DNA of 63,557 nt, the filler included, from Octopus bimaculoides (taxonomy: Eukaryota): the NCBI RefSeq assembly GCF_001194135.2. It is 7 parts of 6 records of this genome, joined end to end, with 100 filler letters (N's around TTAATTAATTAA, not from the genome) between each part and the next. Parts side by side here need not be neighbours in the genome. Positions count along the whole stretch, not along the records: positions 1 to 14,334 come from NC_068988.1; 6 more parts are not named here. The stretch is one strand, 5' to 3'. Below the pieces are notes generated by a model. That model was not told the origin of the DNA. It worked only from the letters and a program-made list of their open reading frames with translations, and did not search any database. This document shows, piece by piece, positions 1 to 12,639 of the stretch. The position numbers were made by a program, and so were the translations under genes. The number at the start of each line of letters is the position of its first letter. Positions within the stretch are counted from its first letter, which is position 1.

Positions 1-59
1 ATATATCACTGTTCTTTTTCGATCTCCTGCATGACTTATTTGGGGGAGTTAACCTCACG

Positions 60-380
60 TTATCTCTCTTTCTTTCTTTCTTTCTCACACACACACGCCA
101 ACATTACACACAAAACACATGTTGCCAAAAAGAAATACACGCTTTCTTTTTATAGTGAGCATGCCAGACAGAAAGTGTGGTGTGTATGTGAAGTTTGTTA
201 GTGTGAGAGAGCAGCATGTGTGTGTGTGTAATGTTGCTGTGTGTGTGAGAGAGCAGCATGTGTGTGTGTGTGTAATGTTGCTGTGTGTGTGAGACAGGGA
301 GAGAGAGAAAGAAAGAAAGAAAGAGAGATAACTGGCATGTGTGTAAGGGAGGGAGAGAGATAGAGAGGTAGAGCGCTCTC
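60..380. repeat. Compound microsatellite tract (CTTT, CA/TG, GA) with a ~40-bp duplicated unit
   Basis: Directly visible; gagagagcagcatgtgtgtgtgtgtaatgttgctgtgtgtgt occurs twice at ~205-290. Confidence 0.9.
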
Positions 381-496
381 TCTGTATCTCTTTCGCTTAC
401 TTTCCCAACACTTTTTATGGAAACTGCCGAATTGATGTAAACAAACCCATGTGGTCTGATTTTCATGTTTCTAGGTATTGTACCGTAAATCGCCAT

Positions 497-1700
497 TTAC
501 TTACGTAACATCCGTTTCCTTTTTTTTGTTCTGGAAGTCCATTCTTTCACTGCTTCCTCTTGTTCACATGTATCATCAATCTGTGTTTCCATCGCCTTTG
601 GTGCCATACTGGGTGGAAGTACGGTTTCTACTAGTTGAGCTACTCGAATCTTTGCAAGGAGGGAAGAACACTCAGCTCTTATGTGGCCCATCTGGCCACA
701 GTTAAAACACAAGGGGCTTTCTGTCCTCCACCATAACCCTCAACTTTTTTCACCCACCACAATGATGTCCACTATCGTGTCCAAGTCTTCTGTGGCAGCC
801 TGGATGACCATTTCATTTCCAGGCCTTGTCCCATCCAGTTCCGTGCTGGTACTCTCACGACCTGGAGGATTGTTACTTTCTCCTCCAGGCTCAATACTAT
901 GGCTGCAATCAGCCAGGTAACATCTACCTCTGGTGGTATCTCCTCCACCCTCACCCTGGAAGCCCGTCTTTCAAGGTAATAAGGTAGGAGGATTATATTC
1001 TCTGTTGCTAACGAGGCCACGGAGTGTTGCCTGGCTTTTTCTTCGGTGGGAAATCCCACTTCCGCTGTTGCGAATTTGATCCCCTTGGCTAGGTATGTTA
1101 TATCTGACCAGATGGGAGCCAAACACTTCTTGATTTCTCTTCTTTCAGCCGCGTTGATAGCATTTTCCTTTCTGTTTAAACTTTTGAATGTTACCGTATT
1201 CCTGGTTACACTTTGAGCCACTTCACCGGGAGAGGACAATATTATTTCCTCTCCTCCCTATACAACATGCTTTCGTATTTCTTTAATTCGTTCGTTACCA
1301 CTTCCAAATTTTTCCTTTCTAAACCGACCGCAACCGCAAAACTCTTCTTTTCACTCGCTGCTTTTCTCTTCCTCAGTTCCTCCTCCATGTTGTTCACACA
1401 TTGTAGGAACTCGTTCTCCAGCGAAACCATGTCGGAAGAGCCAATCTCCTCGAAGTTGGTCAACATGATAAATATCAAACGTTTCCTTCAGGCAAGGGGG
1501 ACGACAATTCCGCTCGTGCGAGAGAAACAAGTTGTTTTAAAACACAACAAATTTAACAAACGCAACAACGTGAGACAACAAGCAATTAAGCTTACCAACC
1601 TTGGAACTTTGAAACACCACGTCCGAATTCAAAAAAGGAGAAATTTCGAACTGATTTTATAATGACCAAAAAGGTCTGACATAGAGGGGACAGCACAAGG
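497..1700 (-). mobile_element. L1/Tx1-type LINE copy A: 5' end plus disrupted ORF1, truncated before ORF2
   Basis: ORF pieces 1478-1242 and 1239-772 are separated by an in-frame stop; CCHC knuckle CFNCGQMGHIRAEC at 712-497; homologous to ORF1 of the copy at 5.9-7.1 kb (TVTFK...KCLxPIWxDIxYLxxGxxF). Confidence 0.85.
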
Positions 1701-1799
1701 ACAGACAAACATATATGTGGGAAACAAAGACAAATGACAAATGAAAAGAAATTACATGAAAGGATGGAACGGCGGCCATTCGAAACCCCCACATTCCGA

Positions 1800-2382
1800 A
1801 CGACCCCGTTGTGTCATTTTTTACACAATTATTATTTTACTCATTAAAAACAATTTTTATATTACTCTTTTATACAAGTCATTTATACTTACAATTTCAC
1901 TTAAATCCATCCCAGTTGTATCCATTTGTTTAACAATTGCCATAATATTTCTTTTAAATTTGGTCTCATACTTCTCATATAGTCTATTATGTAGTTCCTC
2001 ACCTATAATCGAACCTGTCACTCCGAGGAATTGGTCAAACAACTCCACCTCTACAATGTCCTTTGCATTGTCTAACTCCATCATCTGTTTATTACTCTTG
2101 TAATACAACAAAAGGTACTTCTTTTTTTGAGGTGGCAACTGGGAGTTTTGGTTCTGGCATGATTTTATGTTTGTGTAGGGGTCGGTGTTTGGGGGAGTAG
2201 GGCGAGGGAGAACAACGACAACAATCCCATCGCGCGCAAGAAACAAGGTGTTCAAACACAGGTAAAACAAGAAGCTACAAAGCCTACCAACCTTAAATAA
2301 CTACGTCCGAATCCAAAAAAGGAGAAATATCGAATTGATTTTAATTGACCACAAGGGTCGCACACAGAAGGGACATACAAGG
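1800..2382 (-). mobile_element. L1/Tx1-type LINE copy B: 5' terminus plus N-terminal ORF1 fragment
   Basis: Shares the ~70-nt terminal motif (ggagaaat.tcgaattgattttaattgaccac) with 1630-1700 and 7290-7352; short charged/helical ORF MMELDNAKD... Confidence 0.65.
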
Positions 2383-2531
2383 GGTCGGATGATTCGTTCT
2401 GAATGATAATGAACATTAAATTTTTTTTTAAATTAAGGAAGACGATAACACCGAATAACTATGATGAAGTGATGGGCGTAGGTGATCCCACGTTCCACCA
2501 CTGAAAGTTTAAATAAACCTTCTGTCCTCTC

Positions 2532-5500
2532 TTAAGAAGCTATATAAACTGTCAACAAGTACGCTACTTTCATCCATCTTTTCTCATATATACTTAGTGG
2601 CAGGCGAATCCTCCCCAGCCTTATTTTTCTTTTGAGATGAAAATAAAAAAACTTTACCAGCCCTCGACTGGCGATGAAGTTGCCTGTCACTACCTCTTTC
2701 ATGCGAGACTTCCACACAACCTCTTTCGCAATCGCTACTACGGCGAAAAAACAGACCTTCCCTTCCCTTTTCAGAGAGGGCGGTGTAATAATCTTTATAA
2801 TTGACTCGGAAGACAGCTGTACTCTTCCTAAACGTGACAGCAGGTGTTCGACATAAACCCACAACTCCGAGAGTTTCGAACATTTAACAATAGCGTACAG
2901 AACACTTTCACTGCTCTGACCGCATCTTGAGCAAGTGGGTAGCATTGCCTAGCGAGTTTATCTCGAACTGGTAAGGCTCCTCAGAAACACTGCCAAGCCA
3001 GAGACCTTTGGAAGTTGTCCAAAGGCCCCCGCCCTGAATGTTCTTCGGAACAAAGCAGCAAGCTGACCTTCAACGAAGCCCATAGTTTCCCCGAAATCAT
3101 CGTCATACTTGGCCTCTACGAACATTCTATAGAATGACGTGGTGGAACCCTCGCCACCGGCATTACCTCTCCAGCAAGGAACCTACCACGCTCCCAACTT
3201 AGGTCTACGCTTGATCCACGGTTCCAATTCATCGAAACTAGTAAATCGAGGAAGAATCAGTTTGACGAACGGAGACCACACCCGTTCAGCATCCAGGTAG
3301 AGCCAAAGATGCCTCAGCCTCAGCCTCAGCCTCAGTGCATCATTAGCCACGGTATCAGTAGCCCACCCATTAGTGGCTGTTGGCAGCAGATAGACCATCT
3401 TACAAGTGGACCCCTGCCCTTCCACAAAAAGCGAAAGAGCAATCGTTCCATCTTGCTTAGCCACGAATCGGGACAAGGCAATACGGTCAGGCGGAAAGTA
3501 ATCACAGATGCGATGAATAAATTTGCGACCTCCACCCTCCCTTTTAGGGGTAGCTGCTGCTCAGACATGATCAGCGTTAGGTGGGCCACCCTGCTCGTAA
3601 CCTGCTCCAGTTCTTCTTTATCTGGAGGTCTGGNNNNNNNNNNNNNNNNNNNNNNNNNNNNNNNNNNNNNNNNNNNNNNNNNNNNNNNNNNNNNNNNNNN
3701 NNNNNNNNNNNNNNNNNNNNNNNNNNNNNNNNNNNNNNNNNNNNNNNNNNNNNNNNNNNNNNNNNNNNNNNNNNNNNNNNNNNNNNNNNNNNNNNNNNNN
3801 NNNNNNNNNNNNNNNNNNNNNNNNNNNNNNNNNNNNNNNNNNNNNNNNNNNNNNNNNNNNNNNNNNNNNNNNNNNNNNNNNNNNNNNNNNNNNNNNNNNN
3901 NNNNNNNNNNNNNNNNNNNNNNNNNNNNNNNNNNNNNNNNNNNNNNNNNNNNNNNNNNNNNNNNNNNNNNNNNNNNNNNNNNNNNNNNNNNNNNNNNNNN
4001 NNNNNNNNNNNNNNNNNNNNNNNNNNNNNNNNNNNNNNNNNNNNNNNNNNNNNNNNNNNNNNNNNNNNNNNNNNNNNNNNNNNNNNNNNNNNNNNNNNNN
4101 NNNNNNNNNNNNNNNNNNNNNNNNNNNNNNNNNNNNNNNNNNNNNNNNNNNNNNNNNNNNNNNNNNNNNNNNNNNNNNNNNNNNNNNNNNNNNNNNNNNN
4201 NNNNNNNNNNNNNNNNNNNNNNNNNNNNNNNNNNNNNNNNNNNNNNNNNNNNNNNNNNNNNNNNNNNNNNNNNNNNNNNNNNNNNNNNNNNNNNNNNNNN
4301 NNNNNNNNNNNNNNNNNNNNNNNNNNNNNNNNNNNNNNNNNNNNNNNNNNNNNNNNNNNNNNNNTATATCCCCGTTGTCTGGATACTTTCTTTGCAGCAC
4401 CACAACCCCTACCCCTCCGGCTCACAGATCTAGGTATAAACCTACTCTGCTGGCAGTTGGTGTAGACGCATGTTAGTAGGTGCCCAAACAAGTCTGGTAT
4501 ACCATAATATAGCACGTAAGGAAGACCATCCAGTTCCGGCCGCTTGTCTCCACTGCAGTCCGACAAAGCCTCCTCCACCTCCGCAGCTGTGATTGGTCCT
4601 TCACAGCATTCTGCTTCTCGCCCCGAGAGACGTAGCAAACCGGTGAGGAAGTCCGCGAGGTCCTTCCTACGCTCCGGGCCACCGCCCCTCCCGAGCAGCT
4701 GGGCAAAATGCTCGTGAAAAACCTTGCTTGTCTCCTCGGCTTTGTTTGCCGTATGCTCATGTTGATCCATCAAAGATCTTATTGTGACATCATTGCAACG
4801 TTGGGTCTCTACCACATTGGCCTATAGGGCGACGTTGACTCCCTCTCGTGCCATTGCACGAAGATCAGCTCTGATAATGCATTTCTCGTGTTTATCCTCG
4901 AGGTGTTGGCTGAGTTCCAATCTCGCGGCCAAAACTTGGGACGCACTGCCAGTCCTCAATGCCTCTTCTAGAGCCTTAACTAGGTCCCTTTCTAATCTAT
5001 TCTTCTTCTCCCTTACTAGCTCCGTACTGAACCTAACAGACCCAAACTTGATGCCTCTTTTGAGGGCACACCACCATTTGTTGTTAATAATGTATCCGGT
5101 TAGTGCCCTCATTACTAATTACCTAACCAGACTCCTGTATTCCTCACAAGTCAAAAGAGATTTGTTAAGTTTCCAGTAGCTGGGTCCCTGCCTACATAGC
5201 CTAAGTCAAGCCTACATAGCCTAAGTCAAGCCTACATGTCACAAATTTCTGATCAGTGTAGCTGATCTACTGGAATTGTGGACAACTAACTATGTCTTTA
5301 TCTTTACATCCAACTACAATCTTATCTAAGTAAGATCTAGAAGACTCATATTGTTAGCTCATGTCCACACTGGAACATCCAGGAATTCTTGTCTGTATTG
5401 AGCTGCCAGCTGAAAGCGACTGAGCAGATCGCTGATATATGAGTTTCCACTCCTATCTGGATTCGAGCCAACACAATCTACGCGTGCATCGCAGGTTGTG

Positions 5501-5890
5501 TTAAAGTTTAACTTAGTTCAAATTTTGATCCGTAACACCTTTTTATTGGTTTAAAATTTAAAACCCGTCTAATCAAGTTAATCTGAATTTACATTTAAAT
5601 TTCAACAACTTTAACTCCCAACAACACTAAAGTGTATGCCGTTCCTAGAAGGCTCTCTAGGCTTCGAAAACGTTTGACTATCCAGCTCTATAGGAAGCAT
5701 AGACAGCCACCAATCTGAAGGTTTTACCCCTGTTGTGCATCACATCCAGGACCACTAGCCTGGACTCTGGGTCAACAAAGCTTGTTCTTAACTGTAGGTT
5801 CAAATCCTTCCTGAGTAGGACCACGACAACTCCCTCACTCCTGGCTGGCACGGAGAAAGCCGTTTAAGAGGGATGAGAAAGCCTGCAGTT
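2532..5890 (-). pseudogene. ORF2 (APE endonuclease, reverse transcriptase, zinc knuckle) of LINE copy C, with frameshifts and stops
   Basis: Translated fragments 5880-5180 (APE), 5112-4822, 4815-4370, 3633-3332 and 2945-2532. Confidence 0.85.
5190..5238. repeat. 20-bp tandem duplication (gcctacatagcctaagtcaa x2.4) inside LINE ORF2
   Basis: Directly visible. Confidence 0.9.
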
Positions 5891-7374
5891 CACTCAGTCT
5901 GGTTCCTGCATGTCTGCCTTTTCGTTTTTTTTTTTTTTGTGGAGACATGGATGGGAACCATGTTAGAGGTGGTAGGGAGAGACAAGGTGTCTGCGGGAGC
6001 AGAGTAGACATCAGTAACTATAGGGGTAGGGTGAGAAATGGTGTCTGCGGGGGTATGGTGGGAATTAGGGTCTATAGGGGAATGGTGGTGACTGTTTCTG
6101 TAGGTGCAGGCTGGCGCTTCTTTTTTCATTTTTTCCCAACAATAGTTCACTCGTCGTCTTTATTTGATTTTCTTTCTTCTTCATTGTATTCATCTCCTCC
6201 TGGGTCTTGCTGCCGTTTGTGATGCCTCAGAGTTGAGAGCCGCTGCTTTCACCGCTGGAGGTGCGACTCCTTTCCCTACTCTTAGGTTCTCTTGTGGTTT
6301 AGGTGGAGAACACTCTGCTCTTATGTGGCCCTTCTGAACACGTTTAAAACAACAAAGTCTTCTACTCTCCTCAATAACTCTTAGCCTGGTAAGATGTTGA
6401 CAATCTTCTCGAGAACGGCAGGGGCAGGCTGAATTGGCATCTCTAATCCTTGCCTCTGCCAGTTCTGCTGTTTGATTTTGGTTGCTTGGAGGATCGTTAT
6501 TTTTCCTCCAAGCCTATGATGATTGTCGCCACCTGGCAGATAACATCGACCTTTGATATAATCTCTCTCGCCTTAACCTTGAAAGTACGTCCACCCAGGT
6601 ATGTGGCTAAGAGGACCACTTCGTTGGTTTTCGGCAGGGTCGTAGAGAGTGTTGCCTGAGAATATTATCGGATGAGAACAGCACCTCCAACGTCGAAAAA
6701 CGTTTGCCCCTGGTAAGATATACAATATCTTGCCAGATGGGCCTCAGACACTTTTCCACTTGTTCTTTCGTCACCATGTCGAGCCTTTTGTTTTTCATAT
6801 AGATGGTTTTAAAAGTCACCGTTTTACGGGAGGTTGTATGGGACAATTCGCCCGGAAGCATCAGTTTAATTTTGTGCCTCTCCTTACATAGAAGACACTT
6901 GAATTTATCAAGTTGGTTCCTTTCGATGCACATTTTTCCTCTTGTGACATTAGTCACCGTTGCAAAATTGTCTGTTTTTTTGGCTTTGGTCGTACTGTCG
7001 TTTTTTTTTTTGTATTATTTTGTCCAATATTTTGACACTGTTAATTCCTCCTCGGAGAATTCGACATCATTTGAACTCCCGTCCGATAATATCATCGTTC
7101 TGTTAATTTTTTTAAACAAAACACAATAAAATATTTTCCCCCTTCAAACAAGTGTAAAAACGTCAATATGTCTGCAACAATGCAGAATTAACAAAGTGTT
7201 TTAACAACACAGTAACAAAAACAGTTCAACAATAATTCAACAATAATTACAACAAACTACTTTACCTTAAAAACAAACCAAACTCGAAAACGGAGAAATT
7301 TCGAATTGATTTTAATTGACCACAATTGTCTCACACAGGAGGGAATATAAGGAGTATATCCATTCCTGAATATA

Positions 7375-8920
7375 CTAATCATCAAAAGAGATAAAAACAT
7401 TGAAACAGATATTCACTACAAACAAACAAATTCTAAATAATACTTACTGTTCTCCTCATGCCATCCCAATCACACGAAGAATAATATCCTCTTTAATCTA
7501 GCAAGAAAAATCTGCACAATTGTCTCAAACCCTGAAACCCGCAATAAAATACTCCAGGAACTAAAACGTACTACAAAAAGACAATATCCATTACTGTTGG
7601 TAGACAACGGAATAGAACTTGCCGAAGCAACAAATATCGAAGAAAAACGAAAAACTCTCCAGATACATCCAATAATTTACCCTTTATTACAACACACAAC
7701 CCAAGAAATACATAGGTTTACAATATTGTTCACCAGAACATCCCACTACTACAACATCACCCAAGAATGAAACAAGCATTCGAAAGTACACAAAATAATC
7801 AAAAGTAAAAAAGACAATCAAAGTCCCTCAAAAAATCCTCACAAGTGTTAAATTATCTTCCACAATTCCTACACCGACAGTCAAAACGTGTGGCCGCCCC
7901 AATTGCAGGACTTGCATCAACCTTATTGAAACCACAACATACAAATTCAAATCAGGACAGACTTTAAGAGTAAAAAAATCAAATTACATGTCCTTCAAGT
8001 AATTTAATATGCGCTGTCAAATGTCAAAGATCTAATGAAGATTACGTAGGTCAAACAAAGCTTACTCTAAGAAATCGACTAACCATTCACTGACAACAAA
8101 TACGAGACACCAGTACTAGACAGATTCCACTGAGTGGACACACAAACATATATGTGCAAACAATAAGTCCTCCAAATTCCAGATCTTCCCACTCTACCTA
8201 TGTTCAGCGAATACCGCAGATGAAGCACGGATAAACAAAGAAAATACTTTCATACAAAAGTATAAACCAAGACTTAACAAACTTCAACAGAGTACATACA
8301 CAAATAAGTATTCACACACAAAACTCATACTGTCACTTATTATGAGGAACCTGCACAACTAACAGCCTAAACTTTAGCTACTGGACTACATACAAACAAG
8401 TTCTCACTCTCTCCTCTGACAGATTAAATATGGAATGCCTTAACTATAACTTACAATGTTCACTCAACTGTGTCAGCCTTCTTTTTAGGCACAAAATACA
8501 CTTTCATGTGACACTAACCAACGGACACAGCAGGAAACGTACAAAAGGTTATAAACTTACTCATGTGTTCATTCTCTACAAACACTTGACAGAAAACAGT
8601 CAGGGTATTGATTCCTTGGGCATGTTCAGTCAACCGTGTCAGCCTTAACTTACCACGCCGAATATTGTCACTTGATACTAACAAAAATTTCTCAGACTAG
8701 TCATGTGACTATCCTCTACCAGTCAAATCCTATTCAAAGCAGATACTAATTTGAGCCACGAACTCTCTATAAAGATGGGGCAAGCTTCAGACACTAGTCA
8801 GAAGCAAGTTCTATTTGAACTTTTTGAAAATCAGTGTAAACTGTGAAACCGGTTAAATCTTTAATATATTAATGAAAAATATTTTAACTATTCTCAGTGC
8901 ATTTTCAACTTCTATTTTTC
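7375..8920 (+). mobile_element. Penelope-like element 3' part (RT thumb, GIY-YIG endonuclease, 3' region), decayed
   Basis: TDIHYKQT..YLLFSSCHPNHTKNNILFNLARKICTIVS; LPFITxHNP; CGRPNCRTC; NLICAVKC..DYVGQTKLTLRNRLTIH. Confidence 0.88.
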
Positions 8921-9810
8921 ATATATATATATATATACATATATAGGTGTAATTATAAAAGTGTATCTTACTACCGAAAATGTTTTAACACAAAACTTAG
9001 CAACTGAAACGGGCTTAAAACAAAATTTTACCATGAAAGATTATATTCATTTTATTATTGTTGTTGTTGTTGTTGTTNNNNNNNNNNNNNNNNNNNNNNN
9101 NNNNNNNNNNNNNNNNNNNNNNNNNNNNNNNNNNNNNNNNNNNNNNNNNNNNNNNNNNNNNNNNNNNNNNNNNNNNNNNNNNNNNNNNNNNNNNNNNNNN
9201 NNNNNNNNNNNNNNNNNNNNNNNNNNNNNNNNNNNNNNNNNNNNNNNNNNNNNNNNNNNNNNNNNNNNNNNNNNNNNNNNNNNNNNNNNNNNNNNNNNNN
9301 NNNNNNNNNNNNNNNNNNNNNNNNNNNNNNNNNNNNNNNNNNNNNNNNNNNNNNNNNNNNNNNNNNNNNNNNNNNNNNNNNNNNNNNNNNNNNNNNNNNN
9401 NNNNNNNNNNNNNNNNNNNNNNNNNNNNNNNNNNNNNNNNNNNNNNNNNNNNNNNNNNNNNNNNNNNNNNNNNNNNNNNNNNNNNNNNNNNNNNNNNNNN
9501 NNNNNNNNNNNNNNNNNNNNNNNNNNNNNNNNNNNNNNNNNNNNNNNNNNNNNNNNNNNNNNNNNNNNNNNNNNNNNNNNNNNNNNNNNNNNNNNNNNNN
9601 NNNNNNNNNNNNNNNNNNNNNNNNNNNNNNNNNNNNNNNNNNNNNNNNNNNNNNNNNNNNNNNNNNNNNNNNNNNNNNNNNNNNNNNNNNNNNNNNNNNN
9701 NNNNNNNNNNNNNNNNNNNNNNNNNNNNNNNNNNNNNNNNNNNNNNNNNNNNNNNNNNNNNNNNNNNNNNNNNNNNNNNNNNNNNNNNNNNNNNNNNNNN
9801 NNNNNNNNNT

Positions 9811-10125
9811 ATATACACTTTGATTTAAAGCTACATTTTTTATATAAACAATTGACTGAAAAGTGATGAGCTAGCCCAGGCCGGAATCGAACCCACATAT
9901 CAACCCATGCGGGTTTGTTTACATATATTATATATAGTATTGGACAGTTAAAGTATACATTCATAAAATTTGGCTGAAATTGATGGGTGAGCGTTTGGCC
10001 CAATCGGATGCGCATGGAACTGTGTTAGCCTTGATATGTGGGTTCGAGTCTGGCTTCTGTTAGCTCATCATTTTTCAGTCAATTATCTATATTAAAAATG
10101 TCGCTTTAAATCAGTGTGTATATAT
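9811..10125. repeat. Inverted pair of tRNA-like SINE segments (~90-bp arms)
   Basis: 9811-9905 is the reverse complement of ~10030-10125; right copy has A-box-like TGGCCCAATCGG and B-box GGGTTCGAGTC. Confidence 0.7.
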
Positions 10126-10689
10126 ATATACATATTATCAAGGAGCCTTGTCTCATTTTCTGAAAGAAAATAGGTGGAAGTTTTTAATTTTCGTTTTATT
10201 TATGAAAGAAAAAGAAATTCTGTCACATTTTTCTCGCGGCTAAGGAAGTTAATTCATATTTAGCTTTGACAGGTCTCGCTGACATTTTTATATGTTGTTA
10301 CCACTTTTAATTAACTTTTCAACTTTATAATTTAACATCAAGTCTGCTTATTATCTTTAAATTGTTAAGCTATGATGCACTTCCCTGAAGATGGTTAGTT
10401 TGATCTATGATCTTAATCGAGAGTGGGATTGTTCATTCTGACCAAAATAATTGTTTATGTAAGAAAGAACAAGATATATGTCTTATAATAAAACCAACAG
10501 ATGACCAGTCATTGCTGGACACTTGCAAGTATAGTGTCTTGCAGATAAACTGAGACCAATTTTAATCAGTTGACTTAGTGGGTTTAATATTTCATTTTTA
10601 ACAAAGCCTTGCTTGCCTGAAAATCTAATCCGCCTCTTTATTTTTGAGGTAAATAGCGAACTGACTCGACAATAGAATCGTTCTGCCAT

Positions 10690-11535
10690 TGTTGTTTTGG
10701 CGCGTTCCAGGTACACTGCCAATAAAATTGTTATGCTGACGAAACTTCCAAAAGCAACAGTTTATCGTGTGTATAAACAATTTAAAGGAGAGGGAAAGAT
10801 TGATAGAAAAGAACATAAGACTCGAAGCGATTCCAAGAGCAATCCAAAGTTTCTCGCCGGCCTCAAACGCTCGATTGAAACTAACCTATCCACATCCATG
10901 ACAACTCTCGCAAAGAAACGCAATGTATCCCTGTCCAAAACTGTGAACAGGAACCTTGGCATGACTAACTGTGTTCGACGACCCCGTCACTCCCTAACAG
11001 CCAAGGCCAAAGCAATCAGAGCCGAGAGATGCCCGAAGTTTCTGCCATTCATCAATCATCAAGGCACAAGAAAAACTCTCGTGTTTATGGACGAGACGTT
11101 CACAGTGAACGCTGAGGTGAATCGCAGAAATTCTCGAGTGATTGCATACAACCCTTCTGATATCCCCCTGTGTTTGAGACTAAGAATCCTGCCTCTGTGA
11201 TGGTATTTGGAGCTGTGGCGAGCGATGGAAGTGTCATAGATCCACACTTCATTGAGTCTGGTTTGACGATCGGCACAAAGAAGTATCTACACATCCTGAA
11301 AAGTTCTCTGTTACCTTGGATGGAGCAGAAGTTTTGGCTTGACAATGTGATACTTATCCAGGATTCTCGATTACTTTTTACGCGGCGTACTTAAAGCAAG
11401 GACCACACTTGAATGTCAACAGCTTGACATGCAAAATTAAGGAGGAGGTTGCGACAGCTGCAAAAAAATTTCGTTTTCGTGTGGAGACAGTAATTGCCCA
11501 AAAGGGTGGCAATATTGAGTGATAAATGCTTTTGT
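10690..11535 (+). mobile_element. Tc1/mariner superfamily transposase pseudogene, probably maT/DD37D type
   Basis: HTH (KATVYRVYKQF), FMDETFTV..NRRNSRV, KNPASVMVFGAVASDG, ILIQDS; frameshifted; termini not resolved. Confidence 0.85.
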
Positions 11536-11555
11536 TGTCATAAATGTTACATTAA

Positions 11556-11631
<76 letters not shown>

Positions 11632-11665
11632 GTGGGTGTGGGTGTGGGTGTGCGGGTGGGTGTGT
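11556..11665. repeat. (TG)n microsatellite
   Basis: Directly visible. Confidence 0.95.
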
Positions 11666-11721
11666 TTGTGTAAACAGAACTGATTGTGAGGGATTATTAA
11701 TCTGGGCAAAATACCTCTTGA

Positions 11722-11807
11722 GTTCTCTGTTGGCACATAAGTTCTCTGTTGGCATATAAGTTCTCTGTTGGCACATAAGTTCTCTGTTGGCACATAAGTT
11801 CTCTGTT
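11722..11807. repeat. 19-bp minisatellite gttctctgttggcacataa x4.5
   Basis: Directly visible. Confidence 0.95.
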
Positions 11808-12639
11808 TAGATTAATGAAAAACTCCAGCTAATCTTGTGGCAGAGTCAAGGTTGTGTGTCATTACAATTCCATATTGCAAATCCGTGGCTGGGCTCCAGA
11901 CAAATTGGTTTTTACACATATTGATATATAAGAAACCAGTTTAAAATAATGGCCATTACATATTTTTCCTTTACTGGAGCAAACTTAGCAAGATATTTTC
12001 CAGCCATTGCGCTGAAATTTGATATGGGCTTTTTATTAGTGATAGTTATGTTGTAGAGGTTAGGAATGTTCTTATTAGCCAGACTGAGAGATCCTGTTAC
12101 AAATGGGATGATGTCAAGTTAAAGTTGTTGAAATTTAAATGCAAATTCAGATTAACTTGATTAGACGGGTTTTAAATTTTAAACCAATAAAAAGGTGTTA
12201 CGGATCAAAATTTGAACTAAGTTAAAATTTCTAAATTTAGCGTTAAAGCAAACTAAAATATAAAAGATTTGAATTAAATTTGCGGAATAATGTGTTATAC
12301 AGAACAATAATAATGAAGGTAACAACATCGACATCAATAACATCAATATAAATTACATTAATAAAATAACAATAAAATAATATTACAAAGTAATAAAAAT
12401 AATAATAATAACCACACGGTAATAATAGAACAGTAATAGAACAGTAAGGGTCATGCTAATACTGGAATGAAAACAAAAGAATTAAAGGATTAAAAAGATT
12501 AAAATCTTAAAAGAATAAAATAAAACAAAATAAAATTTTTAAACAATTTAAACCCATGGAAATACACTGAACCTCAAAAGAAACGCGATTTTTTCAAATG
12601 TCATTTTTATATGGTAAATTCTGAAAATTTAGTATAACT

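Larger units (their letters stand above)
2420..7352 (-). mobile_element. Near full-length, decayed L1/Tx1-type non-LTR retrotransposon (copy C), with an internal assembly gap
   Basis: ORF1 from ATG 7095 with GHIRAEC knuckle; APE endonuclease (GVVVVLLRKD..RLVAVYA..LLGDFN); RT linker (EGPITAAEVEEALS...DGLPY); C-terminal CxxC..H..C-like LPTCSRCGQSSE; A-rich tail at 2420-2429. Confidence 0.9.

Noticed and set aside
3309-4465. Long ORFs in the track (also at 9, 24.5, 33, 34.7, 38.5 and 42.7 kb)
   Set aside because: They are open only because they run through N gaps
11722-11807. Possible CRISPR-like array
   Set aside because: Contiguous 19-bp units without spacers in eukaryotic DNA; a minisatellite
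11820-12300. Possible mitochondrial insertion (NUMT) in AT-rich DNA
   Set aside because: No recognisable mitochondrial gene or rRNA motif could be confirmed
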